Shown here in pieces: positions 18,957 to 29,248 of a stretch of DNA of 64,000 bases. The stretch covers positions 35,097-99,096 of the forward strand of contig DASTVZ010000012.1 of the NCBI GenBank assembly GCA_035758845.1. Reading direction: 5' to 3'. Origin of the DNA: Vicinamibacterales bacterium. GTDB taxonomy: Bacteria; Acidobacteriota; Vicinamibacteria; Vicinamibacterales; 2-12-FULL-66-21. The position numbers and the translations under genes were made by a program. The notes beneath the pieces are model-generated. The model made no database searches. It saw only the letters and a program-made list of their open reading frames with translations, and was not told where the DNA came from. Each line of letters opens with the position of its first letter. Within the stretch, counting starts at the first letter, position 1.

Positions 18957-20564
18957 ATGACTTCGACGATTGCTACCTCTGAGCTCGATCCAGTTGCGAC
19001 CGAGCAGCAGCGCCCCAGCGGGGCAAAATTGCGCCCAGGCATCTCGCTGCGTCTCCGGCTGGCACTGCTCGTTGCGCTGAGCGTCGCCATCGTCATCGGC
19101 ATCGAAGCCTTTCTCGAAATCCGTGTCTTCGAGCGAACCGTCGAACACGATCTCCTCGATACCGCGCGCATCACCGCGCTGGCGGTCGCAGACGATTACG
19201 AACTGAGAAGTGATCCGGTCGACGTCGACGGCCTCTCGATCGACCTGCACGACCTGGTGGTCAGCGCACCAACGCTCCGCACGCTCACGATTGTTCAACT
19301 CGGCGGTGACACGCCAACCGTGGTCGCCAGTACGTCCACTGGTGAGCTGCCGGAAGCGATTGCGCTCGGCGTCAGTGCCGTTCGCGCCGCATCGACGATG
19401 TCGGAGACGGTCTCTCCGGGCGCGATCGCGGTGGCGGTTCCCCTCGTGCGCGCTGATGGAACACGTGCCGCGGCGGTGGCCACGGTTTCACTGGGAGCAC
19501 TCCAGCAACTTCGAACCAAGGGACGGCAGGTGACGTTGTGGTTTACTCCCGCCGCCATTGTGGTCCTGACGTTGCTTGTCGATTGGCTTGGACGCCGGCT
19601 GATTCATCGTCCGATCGGTCTGATTCGCGACACGATGGCTCGCGCGGGAGCTGGCGACTTCACCGCGCGTGCGCAGCAGTCACGGCCGGACGAAATCGGG
19701 AGTGTTGCCGCCGGCCTGAACGACATGCTGCAGCGGCTTCAAGATTTTCACGAGGCGTTGCAGGAACGGGTCAACGAAGCGACCGTCGAATTGCGATTGC
19801 GGAATGCCGAACTGGTCGAGACCTATCAGCGCGTGTTCGCCCTTCGCGAGGCGCTCGCGCGGGCCGAACAAGTGGCGGCGGTGGGTCAAACGGCCGCGAG
19901 CGTGGCGCATCAGGTCGGAACGCCGCTGAATCTGATTTCCGGCTACGTCCAGATGCTGCAGGAGGACGCGTCGGTCGATCCAAAAACGGCTCGACGACTT
20001 CAGATCGTGCAAGAGCAGATTGCCAAGGTCACGTCCGTTGTACGTAGCGTCCTCGATCACTCGAGACGACCGGGCAACCGCGCGTCGATCGCGCTTCGGC
20101 CGCTGTTGACTCGTGTCGCCGACGTGGCCAGACCCAAGCTCGATGCATCGCGGATCGCACTCAACCTTGATGTCTCGGATGCGTTGCCGCCGATCTGGGC
20201 CGATTCGGAAGAACTCGAGCTCGCCATTTTGAATCTCGTGACCAACAGTCTCGACGCCATGCCCGGGGGAGGGACGCTGTCAATCCGCGCGGCCACCTCT
20301 GAAACAGGTGTGCGCGTGGAGGTCAGCGACACGGGAACCGGAATTCCACAGGAACTGCTGCCTCGCATTTTTGATCCATGGGTGACGACCAAGACCGCGG
20401 GCCACGGCACTGGCCTGGGCCTGAGCATTACGCACGACGTCATCGCGCGTCACGGCGGAACCATCGTGGCGGCCAGCGATCCGGGCCGCAAAACCGTCTT
20501 CACTATTGAGCTGCCGTCAGCGCTGGCAGCGGAGACCGTTGATGTCCAAAATTCTGATCGTTGA
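18957..20564 (+). CDS. Sensor histidine kinase (periplasmic domain, HAMP, HisKA, HATPase)
   Basis: 535 aa with two TM segments. HAMP (RPDEIGSVAAGLNDML), H-box ASVAHQVGTPLN, G-boxes DTGTGI and GTGLGL. Confidence 0.85.
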   Translation: MTSTIATSELDPVATEQQRPSGAKLRPGISLRLRLALLVALSVAIVIGIEAFLEIRVFERTVEHDLLDTARITALAVADDYELRSDPVDVDGLSIDLHDLVVSAPTLRTLTIVQLGGDTPTVVASTSTGELPEAIALGVSAVRAASTMSETVSPGAIAVAVPLVRADGTRAAAVATVSLGALQQLRTKGRQVTLWFTPAAIVVLTLLVDWLGRRLIHRPIGLIRDTMARAGAGDFTARAQQSRPDEIGSVAAGLNDMLQRLQDFHEALQERVNEATVELRLRNAELVETYQRVFALREALARAEQVAAVGQTAASVAHQVGTPLNLISGYVQMLQEDASVDPKTARRLQIVQEQIAKVTSVVRSVLDHSRRPGNRASIALRPLLTRVADVARPKLDASRIALNLDVSDALPPIWADSEELELAILNLVTNSLDAMPGGGTLSIRAATSETGVRVEVSDTGTGIPQELLPRIFDPWVTTKTAGHGTGLGLSITHDVIARHGGTIVAASDPGRKTVFTIELPSALAAETVDVQNSDR

Positions 20565-21897
20565 TGACGACGGCGAGACATGCCGATTCATGGCGGAGCT
20601 GCTCGAGCGGCCCGATCGAGAAATGCGGACAACGCAGGACGCCAGTGAAGCGTTGACCCTGGCGAAGCAGCCGTTCGACCTGCTGATCTCCGACATCAAT
20701 CTCGATGCCCAGCAAAATGGCATGGACGTGCTTCGCGCGTTCAAACAGTCGAACCCGCGCGGGCACGTTGTCCTGATCAGCGGCTTTGGCACGCTGCAGA
20801 CCGCCATCGACGCGGTTCGCGCCGGCGCCTTTGACTACATCAGCAAGCCGTTCAACATTTCCGAGGTGAAGGCCACCGTCGAACGTGCGCTGTCCGATGT
20901 CGGTACGCCGGCGGCACCGCGGCCGTCGCTCGACGTGCCACCGCCCGGTCTCATCGGCCGAACCGCCGGAATGTTGTCGGTCTATAAACAAATCGCACAT
21001 GCCGCCAATGCTGTGGCGCCTGTGCTGATCATCGGTGACAGCGGCACCGGCAAAGAGCTGGTCGCGCGCGCCATCCACGCACACGGCCGGCGGTCGGCGC
21101 GGCCGTTCGTCCCGATCAACTGTGGTGCACTCACCGAGAGCGTGCTCGAATCAGAGCTGTTCGGACATACGCGCGGATCGTTCACCGGCGCCATTGCCGA
21201 CACCAAAGGCATATTCGAGCAGGCGACGGGTGGCACCGTGTTTCTCGACGAGATCGGTGAAACCTCGCCCGCCCTTCAAGTGAAACTGCTGCGGGTGTTG
21301 CAGGAAGGCGAAGTGAGACCGGTTGGCGGCAGCCGCCTCGTCAAAGTTGATGTGCGTGTCGTCGCCGCCACCAACGTCGACCTCGAGCGTGAAGTGACGG
21401 CGCAGCGTTTCCGGCAGGATCTCTTCTACCGTCTGAGCGTCATCGTCATCCGCGTGCCGGCGTTGCGTGATCGTCGCGAAGACATCCCCCTGTTGATCCA
21501 GACGTTCCTGGCAAACGCGTGCGCCCGCGCCGGCCGCAGAGTCGAGCTCTCCCCCGCGGCGATTTCAGCGCTGACGTCGTACCGGTGGCCCGGCAACGTG
21601 CGCGAGCTCGAAAACACGATCGAGCGCCTGGTCGTGTTCAGCCGCGGATCGGTCATCGACGTCGCCGATCTTCCGTTCAAAGCGACAGGACCCGACCTGC
21701 ACGAGCGGCTGTTTGCGGACTTGCCGTCGCTTGACGAGATCGAGCGACGCTATCTGCTTCACGTGATCGAGCAGGTCGGCGGCAATCGCACTCGCGCCGC
21801 AGAGGTGCTGGGCATCGATCGGCGGACGCTTTACCGGATGGCGGAGAGGTTCAGTATTGATTTGAAGGAAGACATACCGGGCAGCGGGGCGGCCTGA
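20542..21897 (+). CDS. Sigma-54-dependent response regulator (NtrC family)
   Basis: ORF 20506..21897 trimmed to ATG 20542 (MSKILIVDDD). AAA+ GDSGTGKELVA, GAFTGA-like loop, C-terminal HTH. Overlaps the kinase 3' end. Confidence 0.9.
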   Translation: MSKILIVDDDGETCRFMAELLERPDREMRTTQDASEALTLAKQPFDLLISDINLDAQQNGMDVLRAFKQSNPRGHVVLISGFGTLQTAIDAVRAGAFDYISKPFNISEVKATVERALSDVGTPAAPRPSLDVPPPGLIGRTAGMLSVYKQIAHAANAVAPVLIIGDSGTGKELVARAIHAHGRRSARPFVPINCGALTESVLESELFGHTRGSFTGAIADTKGIFEQATGGTVFLDEIGETSPALQVKLLRVLQEGEVRPVGGSRLVKVDVRVVAATNVDLEREVTAQRFRQDLFYRLSVIVIRVPALRDRREDIPLLIQTFLANACARAGRRVELSPAAISALTSYRWPGNVRELENTIERLVVFSRGSVIDVADLPFKATGPDLHERLFADLPSLDEIERRYLLHVIEQVGGNRTRAAEVLGIDRRTLYRMAERFSIDLKEDIPGSGAA

Positions 21898-21900
21898 TCG

Positions 21901-23178
21901 TCACGCCGCCTCCCACCGCCGGGCGAGAAGCCGGGCAAGCGACAGGAACACGCAGGTCAAGGTCACGAGCACCAGAATCTGCGGCCACAGTTGCCAGATC
22001 GCAGCCTGACGCCAGAAGACTTTCAAATACCCGTCAAGTGCCCACGCGTTGAAGGTCAGCAGCCCCACCTTCTGCATGCTCTCACTCATGAGAAATCGCG
22101 GGAACATGCTGCCGCCGAGCGCGGACATCGTCAGAATCAGGATCGTCGAAAAGCCAGAGAGCTGCCCGCGGCTTTTGGCCAGCGACGCGAGCACGAGGCC
22201 GAGCGCCGCCGCCGCTGCAGCGGTAAAGAGCGTCATGACCGCGAATCCGGGAAGATGCGAAAAGAGCGGCAATCCAAACGCCACTCTCCCCCACAGGAAC
22301 ATCACCGTCAGCTGAAGGCATCCAATCAGCGCGAGCAGAATCCATTTGCCGACGAGTACGCCGGTCATCCCGATGTTCGTTGATAGCAGCCGCTCGAGCG
22401 TACCGGTTTCGGCCTCGTCCAGCAGCGCACCGCCAGCGCCGGCGACAGAAGAGAACAGCAGAAACATCACGCCGATTCCCGCGGCGTAGAACGAGATCAA
22501 CGAACCGCGACGATTATCCGTTCGCATGACGTCGACGACGTCGACGGTGATCGGCATTGCGCCGGTCGCGGCGCTGTTACCAGTGCCACTGGCTTGTCCC
22601 TGCGCCTTCAACCGCGGAAGCCACTGATCAACAGCGACCTTCTGCTGTGGCGTCATCGCCCCGCCGTATTTCTCGAACTGGCGCATCCCTCCCTGCATCA
22701 GGAGATCGGGCGCCGCCGTCATCGCCACCTTCTGCAGGAGCCCAAGGACCATCTGTGGTGCGATGCGATCGGACACGTCGGACAGCAGCTGCACAGACGG
22801 CCCGCCGCCGGCAAAACCGTTCGCCGAAATCGCGGTTCCCAGACCAGCCGGGATGACAACAGCAACGGGCACGTCACCGCCGCGAACCAGCCGCTCGGCT
22901 GCCGCGCGGTCGAGAACGGTGCCCTTGCCCGAGGCGTCTGTCGTCGTCTGCGTTCGCAAGCCTTGCTCGTTCCTCAAACCTTCGATCAGGCGGGCACTGA
23001 CTTCGCTGTGATCCTCGTCCACGACGGCGATGCGGATTCGTGCCGTCGCCGCATCTCCCTGGCCGCCAAAGACGCTCGCGAAGATCGAGAAGAACACAAT
23101 GGGAAGGAGAAAGGTCAGCGCCTGCGCAACACGATCGCGTCGCAGGTTGGTCCAGCCGACCCACATCAAAGTTCGCAT
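21901..23178 (-). CDS. ABC-2 type transporter permease
   Basis: 425 aa: N-terminal TM, a large extracytoplasmic loop and a C-terminal 5-TM bundle. The start shares 1 nt with the ATPase stop (TAATG). Confidence 0.75.
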   Translation of the reverse strand: MRTLMWVGWTNLRRDRVAQALTFLLPIVFFSIFASVFGGQGDAATARIRIAVVDEDHSEVSARLIEGLRNEQGLRTQTTTDASGKGTVLDRAAAERLVRGGDVPVAVVIPAGLGTAISANGFAGGGPSVQLLSDVSDRIAPQMVLGLLQKVAMTAAPDLLMQGGMRQFEKYGGAMTPQQKVAVDQWLPRLKAQGQASGTGNSAATGAMPITVDVVDVMRTDNRRGSLISFYAAGIGVMFLLFSSVAGAGGALLDEAETGTLERLLSTNIGMTGVLVGKWILLALIGCLQLTVMFLWGRVAFGLPLFSHLPGFAVMTLFTAAAAAALGLVLASLAKSRGQLSGFSTILILTMSALGGSMFPRFLMSESMQKVGLLTFNAWALDGYLKVFWRQAAIWQLWPQILVLVTLTCVFLSLARLLARRWEAA

Positions 23179-24113
23179 TACTCGCGCAGCTCCCGGCCGG
23201 TTAAATGAATGAACACCGACTGCAGACTCGGACCGCGCACGTCGACGTCGTCGACGGCACGCCCCGCGGTCCTGATGTCATCGAGGAGTGGGGGCAATTC
23301 GGTGGCGACATCCTGCATCCGCGCTTTCACGATGCGACCGTCGCCATCGAGCGCCGGCCCATTGTTGCGCCCGGTAATCGCCATCGCTGTGTCTCCGTCG
23401 ATCGGCGCGTCGAGCCGAAGCGTCACGAGGCGGAACCGGCCGACAGTCTGGTCGACCAGTTCTGACATCGTGCCGGCCGCGATTACTTTGCCGTGGTCGA
23501 TGATCACGGTGCGCGAGCACCGTGCTTCTGCTTCCTCGAGGTGATGCGTCGTTAACAGCAGCGAGACACCCGACTGCGCGAGATCCGCGAGCATGTCGTA
23601 GATTCGGTCGCGACTCTGCGGATCGACGCCAACGGTTGGTTCATCGAGCAGGACGACACGGGGCCGATGGAGGACGCCGCACGCAATGTTCAACCGGCGG
23701 CGCATTCCGCCCGAGAACTGCTTGACCAGGTCGGTCGCCCGGTCCAAGAGACCGATCCGTTCCAGCGCCCAATCGACCTGGTGCGCGAGGTCTTTTCCGG
23801 TAAGACCGTGCAAGCCGCCGAATGCCTCGAGGTTCTCACGCGCCGTCAGCAGCGGATACAGCGCAATCTCCTGAGGCACGATTCCGAGCTCCGGAGCCGT
23901 GCGCCTGCCATCGAGCACGCGATCGAACAGCCGAATCTCGCCGCTGTCGAGGCGCACGCGACCCGTGATCGCCCGAATGAGCGTGGTCTTCCCCGCGCCG
24001 TTTGGCCCGAGCAGCGCCAGCAACTCGCCATGCCGAAGCTCGAAGGTTGCGCCGTTCAGCGCGGCAACGCTCCCGAATCTCTTTCGCGCATCGCGGATCG
24101 AGAGAACGTTCAT
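23178..24113 (-). CDS. ABC transporter ATP-binding protein
   Basis: 311 aa with Walker A GPNGAGKTT, signature FSGGMRRR and Walker B VVLLDEPT. Confidence 0.9.
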   Translation of the reverse strand: MNVLSIRDARKRFGSVAALNGATFELRHGELLALLGPNGAGKTTLIRAITGRVRLDSGEIRLFDRVLDGRRTAPELGIVPQEIALYPLLTARENLEAFGGLHGLTGKDLAHQVDWALERIGLLDRATDLVKQFSGGMRRRLNIACGVLHRPRVVLLDEPTVGVDPQSRDRIYDMLADLAQSGVSLLLTTHHLEEAEARCSRTVIIDHGKVIAAGTMSELVDQTVGRFRLVTLRLDAPIDGDTAMAITGRNNGPALDGDGRIVKARMQDVATELPPLLDDIRTAGRAVDDVDVRGPSLQSVFIHLTGRELRE

Positions 24114-24190
24114 GCCGGTAGCTTACGTCGGATGATCGGTGGCGTTCGCGGTTCCCGGCGAATGGCGGGCGCCGAGCGGCGGATGGCGAA

Positions 24191-25264
24191 TCAGTCGCGT
24201 CCCTTTTCCTTGATTCGCTTCTGCGCGGCTTTCGTCAAGACCTTCCAGCGACGCCGTTCCTCGATTTGCGTCCGCTGATCGAGCTGGCGGGCGTGAAACG
24301 CCTGCTCGTCTTGCAGTTTGTGATAGCTCTCCAGACGCCCGCGCGCCAGTGCTCCCGACGACACTGCGTCGAGAACCGCGCACCCGGGTTCTTCCCGGTG
24401 GCGGCAATCTCGAAATCTGCAACTGCCTGCGAGTTCCTCGATGTCGCCGAACGCATCGCGCACATCCCCGCTGTCCCAGAGCTGCAGTTCGCGCATTCCC
24501 GGCGTATCAATCAGGACTCCCGCTTCGGGCAGAACAATCATCTGGCGGGCCGTGCTCGTGTGCCTTCCGCGGCTGTCCGACTCGCGCACGTCGACCGTCT
24601 TCAGCAGGTCTTGTCCGACGAGGCGGTTGACGATGGTTGACTTCCCGACACCGGACGATCCCAGCAAAGCCGCGGTCTGACCGGTACCGAGATATTGACG
24701 GAGTACGTCGACACCCGCGGGCACCTGGCAGGACACGACATGAACCGGGACATCGCCGACCGATGCGCGGACGACGTCTGCCATCGCCGCAGCGTCGGCG
24801 GCAAGATCAGCCTTGTTCAGAACCACAACCGGCGAAGCACCGCTTTCGACCGCGACCAGCAGATACCGTTCGATCCGTCGTGGATTGAAATCGCCGTCGA
24901 GACCGGCGACAAGAAACACGGTGTCGATATTTGCCGCGACAACCTGCTCCTCGGTTGGATCCCCGGCCGCCCGGCGCGAGAAGCGGCTTCGTCGGGGCAA
25001 CACGGCGACGATTCGGCTGTCGCCGGAATGCTCCGGCGGCTGAACGGCAACCCAATCGCCGACCGCTGGGAAATCCGCGCGGGTCGCTGCGCGGTGGCGA
25101 AGACGGCCGGATACCCGCGCGAGCGATTCTCCCGCCTCGGTGATCACGCGATAGATGTGGGTGTGCTCGAGCGCGACTCGACCGGGAGCAAAACCTTCAG
25201 CCGCAAAGGGAGCAAATGCGTCAGCCAGCGCGGGCGTCCATCCGAGGCGGAACAGCGCAGTCAC
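24191..25264 (-). CDS. rsgA: Ribosome small-subunit-dependent GTPase A
   Basis: ORF 24191..25405 trimmed to the GTG at 25264, which overlaps the upstream stop (GTGA). Contains LNKADL, GSSGVGKST and the C-terminal zinc motif CRFRDCRHREEPGC. Confidence 0.85.
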   Translation of the reverse strand: MTALFRLGWTPALADAFAPFAAEGFAPGRVALEHTHIYRVITEAGESLARVSGRLRHRAATRADFPAVGDWVAVQPPEHSGDSRIVAVLPRRSRFSRRAAGDPTEEQVVAANIDTVFLVAGLDGDFNPRRIERYLLVAVESGASPVVVLNKADLAADAAAMADVVRASVGDVPVHVVSCQVPAGVDVLRQYLGTGQTAALLGSSGVGKSTIVNRLVGQDLLKTVDVRESDSRGRHTSTARQMIVLPEAGVLIDTPGMRELQLWDSGDVRDAFGDIEELAGSCRFRDCRHREEPGCAVLDAVSSGALARGRLESYHKLQDEQAFHARQLDQRTQIEERRRWKVLTKAAQKRIKEKGRD

Positions 25265-27387
25265 GCGAGTGTCTGCGATGATACCCGTTCTTCGGGATCC
25301 GGGATCCGCTGTCCGGGATCCGGAATCCGGGGTTCTCGGGGCTGCTCCGCGGTTTTCAGCAAGCACCGCAGCACTTCCGCGACACTCCATGCCTGCGCGA
25401 TGCACCCACGCGGCACGTAGGGAGAATCAGCGTCGAAGATCTCGCTGATCGAACCAACACACGCCTGGTTCAAGTGTGCATCGAAGCCCAGAAGGAGATC
25501 TTTCGCGCCGCCGCGGTCGTCCGGATAGACCTTGAGCCACGCATCGACGAACGGACCGATCAACCACGCCCAGACCGTGCCCTGATGATACGCCGCGTCG
25601 CGCGATCGCAGATCGCCAAAGTACTTCGGCTTGTAATCAGCATGCCCTGGCGCAAGCGAGCGGAGACCGAGAGGCGTCAAAAGGCGACCGCGGACGACCT
25701 TCATTACGGCCGTCCAATGCTTGCGATCGAGGACGGGACTGTCCAATGAAATCGCAAACACCTGATTCGGCCGGCACGCGGCATCGTCCCCCTGCGGTCC
25801 GTCGACGACGTCGTACAGGTAACCGCCCTTTCCGTACCAAAACCGATCGTTGAACGCGCGCTCCGCTCGGAGGGCCCTCCCCTCTAAATCGAGGGCCAGC
25901 GCACCCTCCGGGACTCCAAGCTCATTCACCCAACGTTGAAGCAGACGTAGCGCGTTGAACCAGAGCGCGTTGATCTCCACTGCTTTCCCGCGCCGTGGCG
26001 TGACCACCCAGTCGTCGACCTTCGCGTCCATCCACGTCAGCTGATAGCCATCGGCCCCTTGTCTCAAGAGGCCGTCATTCTCGTCAACGCCAATGCCGAA
26101 GCGCGTCCCCTGCACGTGGCAACGAACGATCTCGATGAACGTCGGCAACAACAGGCGAAGTGTGTCGTAATCCTCGGTCACCCGGACGTAGCGATCGACC
26201 GCGTGAAAAAACCACAAGGTGGCATCGGCCGTGTGGTAGAGACCTTCACGCGCGCCATCAGGAAACATGTTCGGGATCAGCCCATCTCGAACGTAGTGGC
26301 CGAATGTGCGCAGGATGTAGGCCGCCTCACGATAGCGACGCGTGGACAGCGTCAGCCCTTCGAGACTGATCATCGTGTCGCGGCCCCAGTCCGTGAACCA
26401 GTGATACCCCGCGATCACAGTACGAACGTGTTCACCGGCGGCGCGCGCCCGGGCCGCTTCCTCTGCGCGCCCGGCGGGTGTGATCACGAATTGATCGGCC
26501 GCAAGCACGAGCTCGCACGCAAGATGCTCGCGAGGCGGACCGGCGATCTCGAGCAAGTGACGACGCCGATCGAGTTCAGCCTGCGCGGCATGTTCTGGAC
26601 TCAACGCTTCAATGGATTCCCACGTTTCGCTGGAGGCAATCAGCGTGACCGGCTGGCCGTCGTGCAGATCCACGCGAAAATATCCAGGGCTCCACAGCGA
26701 TCCCACCGACTCGTAGCCCCGCAGCTTCTCCATCGTGTACGGGACTTCGGGTGTGCCCACCTCATCGAGCGTGAGCGCGGCGCGTTCACCGTGCAGCCGC
26801 AGCCGGAGCACGGGAAGACCTGGTCCGGCACACACCTCGTAGCGGTTTTTGACCGCATTGAGCGTGTAAGGCAAGGAGCCACCTTCTGTGACAGGTGCTT
26901 CGTACGAACGGAAATGCATAGACGGCCGCAGAGTCAGGCGAAGCGGACCTTTGCCGGCCAGCAGGCGGTACGTCACATGGGTGGTGTTGTGGCCGTGCGG
27001 CATCAGCACCCGCTTCTCGACTCCGAAGCCGCCGAAGTCGTACACCCAGACCGGCAGGCCGAGATCGAGACGAAACTCGATCAAGTGACCGCCTCGATCC
27101 GCGGCGTTCGTTCCGGCAACCTGGCTCTCGTCGCCGAGCCAGCTGACCTGTCCAGTGCCGAACCGCACGCGTTCGAGAAGATGGTTAAGGAGGACCATGC
27201 GCCCGAGGGGTGCCGGCAGAGACGATACGAGAAGACCGTGATAGCGGCGAGTGACGACCCCAGCCACCGTCCCCGATGCGTAGCCACCGAGCCCGTTTGC
27301 GACGAGCCATTCGAGCCGCGGCATTGGCGCGTCAGTGTCCCTGTCCTGCGGATTTTCAATTCGGCGCGTCAATTCAAGTGGTGCCAT
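25261..27387 (-). CDS. Glycogen debranching enzyme (amylo-alpha-1,6-glucosidase, GDE_C family)
   Basis: 708 aa with the archaeal/bacterial GDE pattern (GYHWFTDWGRDTMISL, WMDAKVDDWVVTPRRGKAVEINALW). The C-terminal tail is encoded by a CGGGATC repeat. Confidence 0.8.
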   Translation of the reverse strand: MAPLELTRRIENPQDRDTDAPMPRLEWLVANGLGGYASGTVAGVVTRRYHGLLVSSLPAPLGRMVLLNHLLERVRFGTGQVSWLGDESQVAGTNAADRGGHLIEFRLDLGLPVWVYDFGGFGVEKRVLMPHGHNTTHVTYRLLAGKGPLRLTLRPSMHFRSYEAPVTEGGSLPYTLNAVKNRYEVCAGPGLPVLRLRLHGERAALTLDEVGTPEVPYTMEKLRGYESVGSLWSPGYFRVDLHDGQPVTLIASSETWESIEALSPEHAAQAELDRRRHLLEIAGPPREHLACELVLAADQFVITPAGRAEEAARARAAGEHVRTVIAGYHWFTDWGRDTMISLEGLTLSTRRYREAAYILRTFGHYVRDGLIPNMFPDGAREGLYHTADATLWFFHAVDRYVRVTEDYDTLRLLLPTFIEIVRCHVQGTRFGIGVDENDGLLRQGADGYQLTWMDAKVDDWVVTPRRGKAVEINALWFNALRLLQRWVNELGVPEGALALDLEGRALRAERAFNDRFWYGKGGYLYDVVDGPQGDDAACRPNQVFAISLDSPVLDRKHWTAVMKVVRGRLLTPLGLRSLAPGHADYKPKYFGDLRSRDAAYHQGTVWAWLIGPFVDAWLKVYPDDRGGAKDLLLGFDAHLNQACVGSISEIFDADSPYVPRGCIAQAWSVAEVLRCLLKTAEQPREPRIPDPGQRIPDPEERVSSQTLA

Positions 27388-29245
27388 ATTCCGTTACAGG
27401 CGAGCCGACCAGCAGAACGGCAGCTTCGCCAGGCAGTCTCCATTCCGACTGCTGGTTGAGCGGCGGAGTGCCGTTGCCACCGTAGGCTATCGACTCGCTG
27501 CTCCACAGAAGTGACCACCCATCCGGCCCTGGAGGTGCGAGCAGCGGTTCCGGCGCAGGGCTCAATTCCAGATCGCATCCAGGATTCACGATCAGGAGGT
27601 AGTGCTCCGCGCGTCCAAAGTATCGAAGTGCCATGACGTTGGTCCGCAGAACCGCGCCATCGACACGTTCGGGATGCGAAATCGTCTTGTGCTCACGCCG
27701 TAGCCGCAACAGGTCGCGATGGAGCGCGTACGCCCACGCGTGCGTCGTCCGCTGATTCAAATCGAGCTTGCACTCGAGAAACGTCGCTTCGTCCACTGGT
27801 GACGGCAACGCTGGACCGACGGCTGGATCCGACACACTCGCGAACTGTGACAGAAATTCGCGGCGGCCGCTGCGGATTCCCTCGCGGAGCGACTCGCGGT
27901 GATCGGCAAAGAACAGAAACGGCGCCGATGACGCGAACTCCTGTCCTTGAAACAAGAGCGGCGTCGCCGGTCCGAGCAAGGTCAGCGCGGTCATCGCGCG
28001 ATATCGCCCTGGAGATGACAACTGATGCAGACGGCGACCGAATGCCGAGTTCGCGACCTGATCGTGATTCTCGAGGTAAGCGACAAACGCATGAGCAGGA
28101 AGATCGAGTGCAGGCGTGCCACGGGTTTTTTTCTGCCACGCGTACCACTGCCCCTGATACAGGTACCCGTACTTCGCGCAGGCGATGAGTTCCGCCGCCG
28201 AGCCGGTGTAATCCGTGTAGTAGGCTTCGCGCCGGCCGGTCAAGGCCACGACCGCGGTGTGGTGATAATCGTCATTCCACAACGCGTCGAGTCCATATCC
28301 TCCTTCCGCCGGTGGCCGAACCAGCTTCGTTTCCTGCGGTTCGTTTTCAGCAATCAGATAGACGCGCTTCTGTCCGGCCGCTTCGCGGGCTCGACGAACC
28401 ATGGATTCGATGACGTGCTCGCGCGACGCATCTTTGACGTCCTGTGTGGCATCGAACCGCAACCCGTCAAAATGAAACTCATCGATCCAGTAGCCGGCGT
28501 TCTCGACGAAGTAGGCGCGCGCCGGTTCGCTATCTTCAAAGTTGATCGCGCGTCCCCAGTCGTTCTTGTATCGATCGGTGAAGTAGTCCGCGGAGAACTC
28601 TTCCAGGTAGTTACCATCAGGACCGAGATGGTTATAAACGACGTCAAGGATCACCCCGAGTCCGGCGACGTGCGCGCGATCGATGAACGCGCGCAGATCG
28701 TCTGGTGTACCGTACAGCCGCGTCGGGGCATACAGATTGACACCGTCGTATCCCCAGCCGAAGCGACCGGCGAAGTCACCGACCGGCATCATTTCGATCA
28801 CGGTGATCCCGAGATCGGCTAACGCGTCGAGTTCGTTTGCCGCGGCAGCCCACGTGCCCTGCGGCGTGAACGTGCCGACGTGCATCTCGTACAGGACCTG
28901 ACCTTCTGGTTTCACTCCAGCCCACGCCTGATCGGTCCATGTGAAGGCGTCGGGATCGATGACTTCGGATGGCCCGTGCGGTCCGTCCGGCTGAAAACGC
29001 GAGACGGGATCCGGCCGGAGTCGGTCGCCGTCCAACCGAAACCAGTACCGGGTGCCGGCGGAAACGCCCGAGACAGTCCGCTCGAACATGCCGTCCTCGC
29101 CCCGCGTAAGTTCGTGGCTCTCACCACGATCGATCACGAACTCGACGCGCCTGCACCGAGGCGCCCAGACCCGGACCTCCGCGGTTCGCGAACCTAACAG
29201 CTCGACCCCTCCCGACAAGCGACGCTTCGAGGGTGAAATCGGCAC
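27374..29245 (-). CDS. treZ: Malto-oligosyltrehalose trehalohydrolase
   Basis: 623 aa, GH13. Contains MPVGDFAGRFGWGYDGVNLYAP, GLGVILDVVYNHLGPDGNYL and GLRFDA. Confidence 0.8.
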   Translation of the reverse strand: MPISPSKRRLSGGVELLGSRTAEVRVWAPRCRRVEFVIDRGESHELTRGEDGMFERTVSGVSAGTRYWFRLDGDRLRPDPVSRFQPDGPHGPSEVIDPDAFTWTDQAWAGVKPEGQVLYEMHVGTFTPQGTWAAAANELDALADLGITVIEMMPVGDFAGRFGWGYDGVNLYAPTRLYGTPDDLRAFIDRAHVAGLGVILDVVYNHLGPDGNYLEEFSADYFTDRYKNDWGRAINFEDSEPARAYFVENAGYWIDEFHFDGLRFDATQDVKDASREHVIESMVRRAREAAGQKRVYLIAENEPQETKLVRPPAEGGYGLDALWNDDYHHTAVVALTGRREAYYTDYTGSAAELIACAKYGYLYQGQWYAWQKKTRGTPALDLPAHAFVAYLENHDQVANSAFGRRLHQLSSPGRYRAMTALTLLGPATPLLFQGQEFASSAPFLFFADHRESLREGIRSGRREFLSQFASVSDPAVGPALPSPVDEATFLECKLDLNQRTTHAWAYALHRDLLRLRREHKTISHPERVDGAVLRTNVMALRYFGRAEHYLLIVNPGCDLELSPAPEPLLAPPGPDGWSLLWSSESIAYGGNGTPPLNQQSEWRLPGEAAVLLVGSPVTEYGTT

Positions 29246-29248
29246 CGT

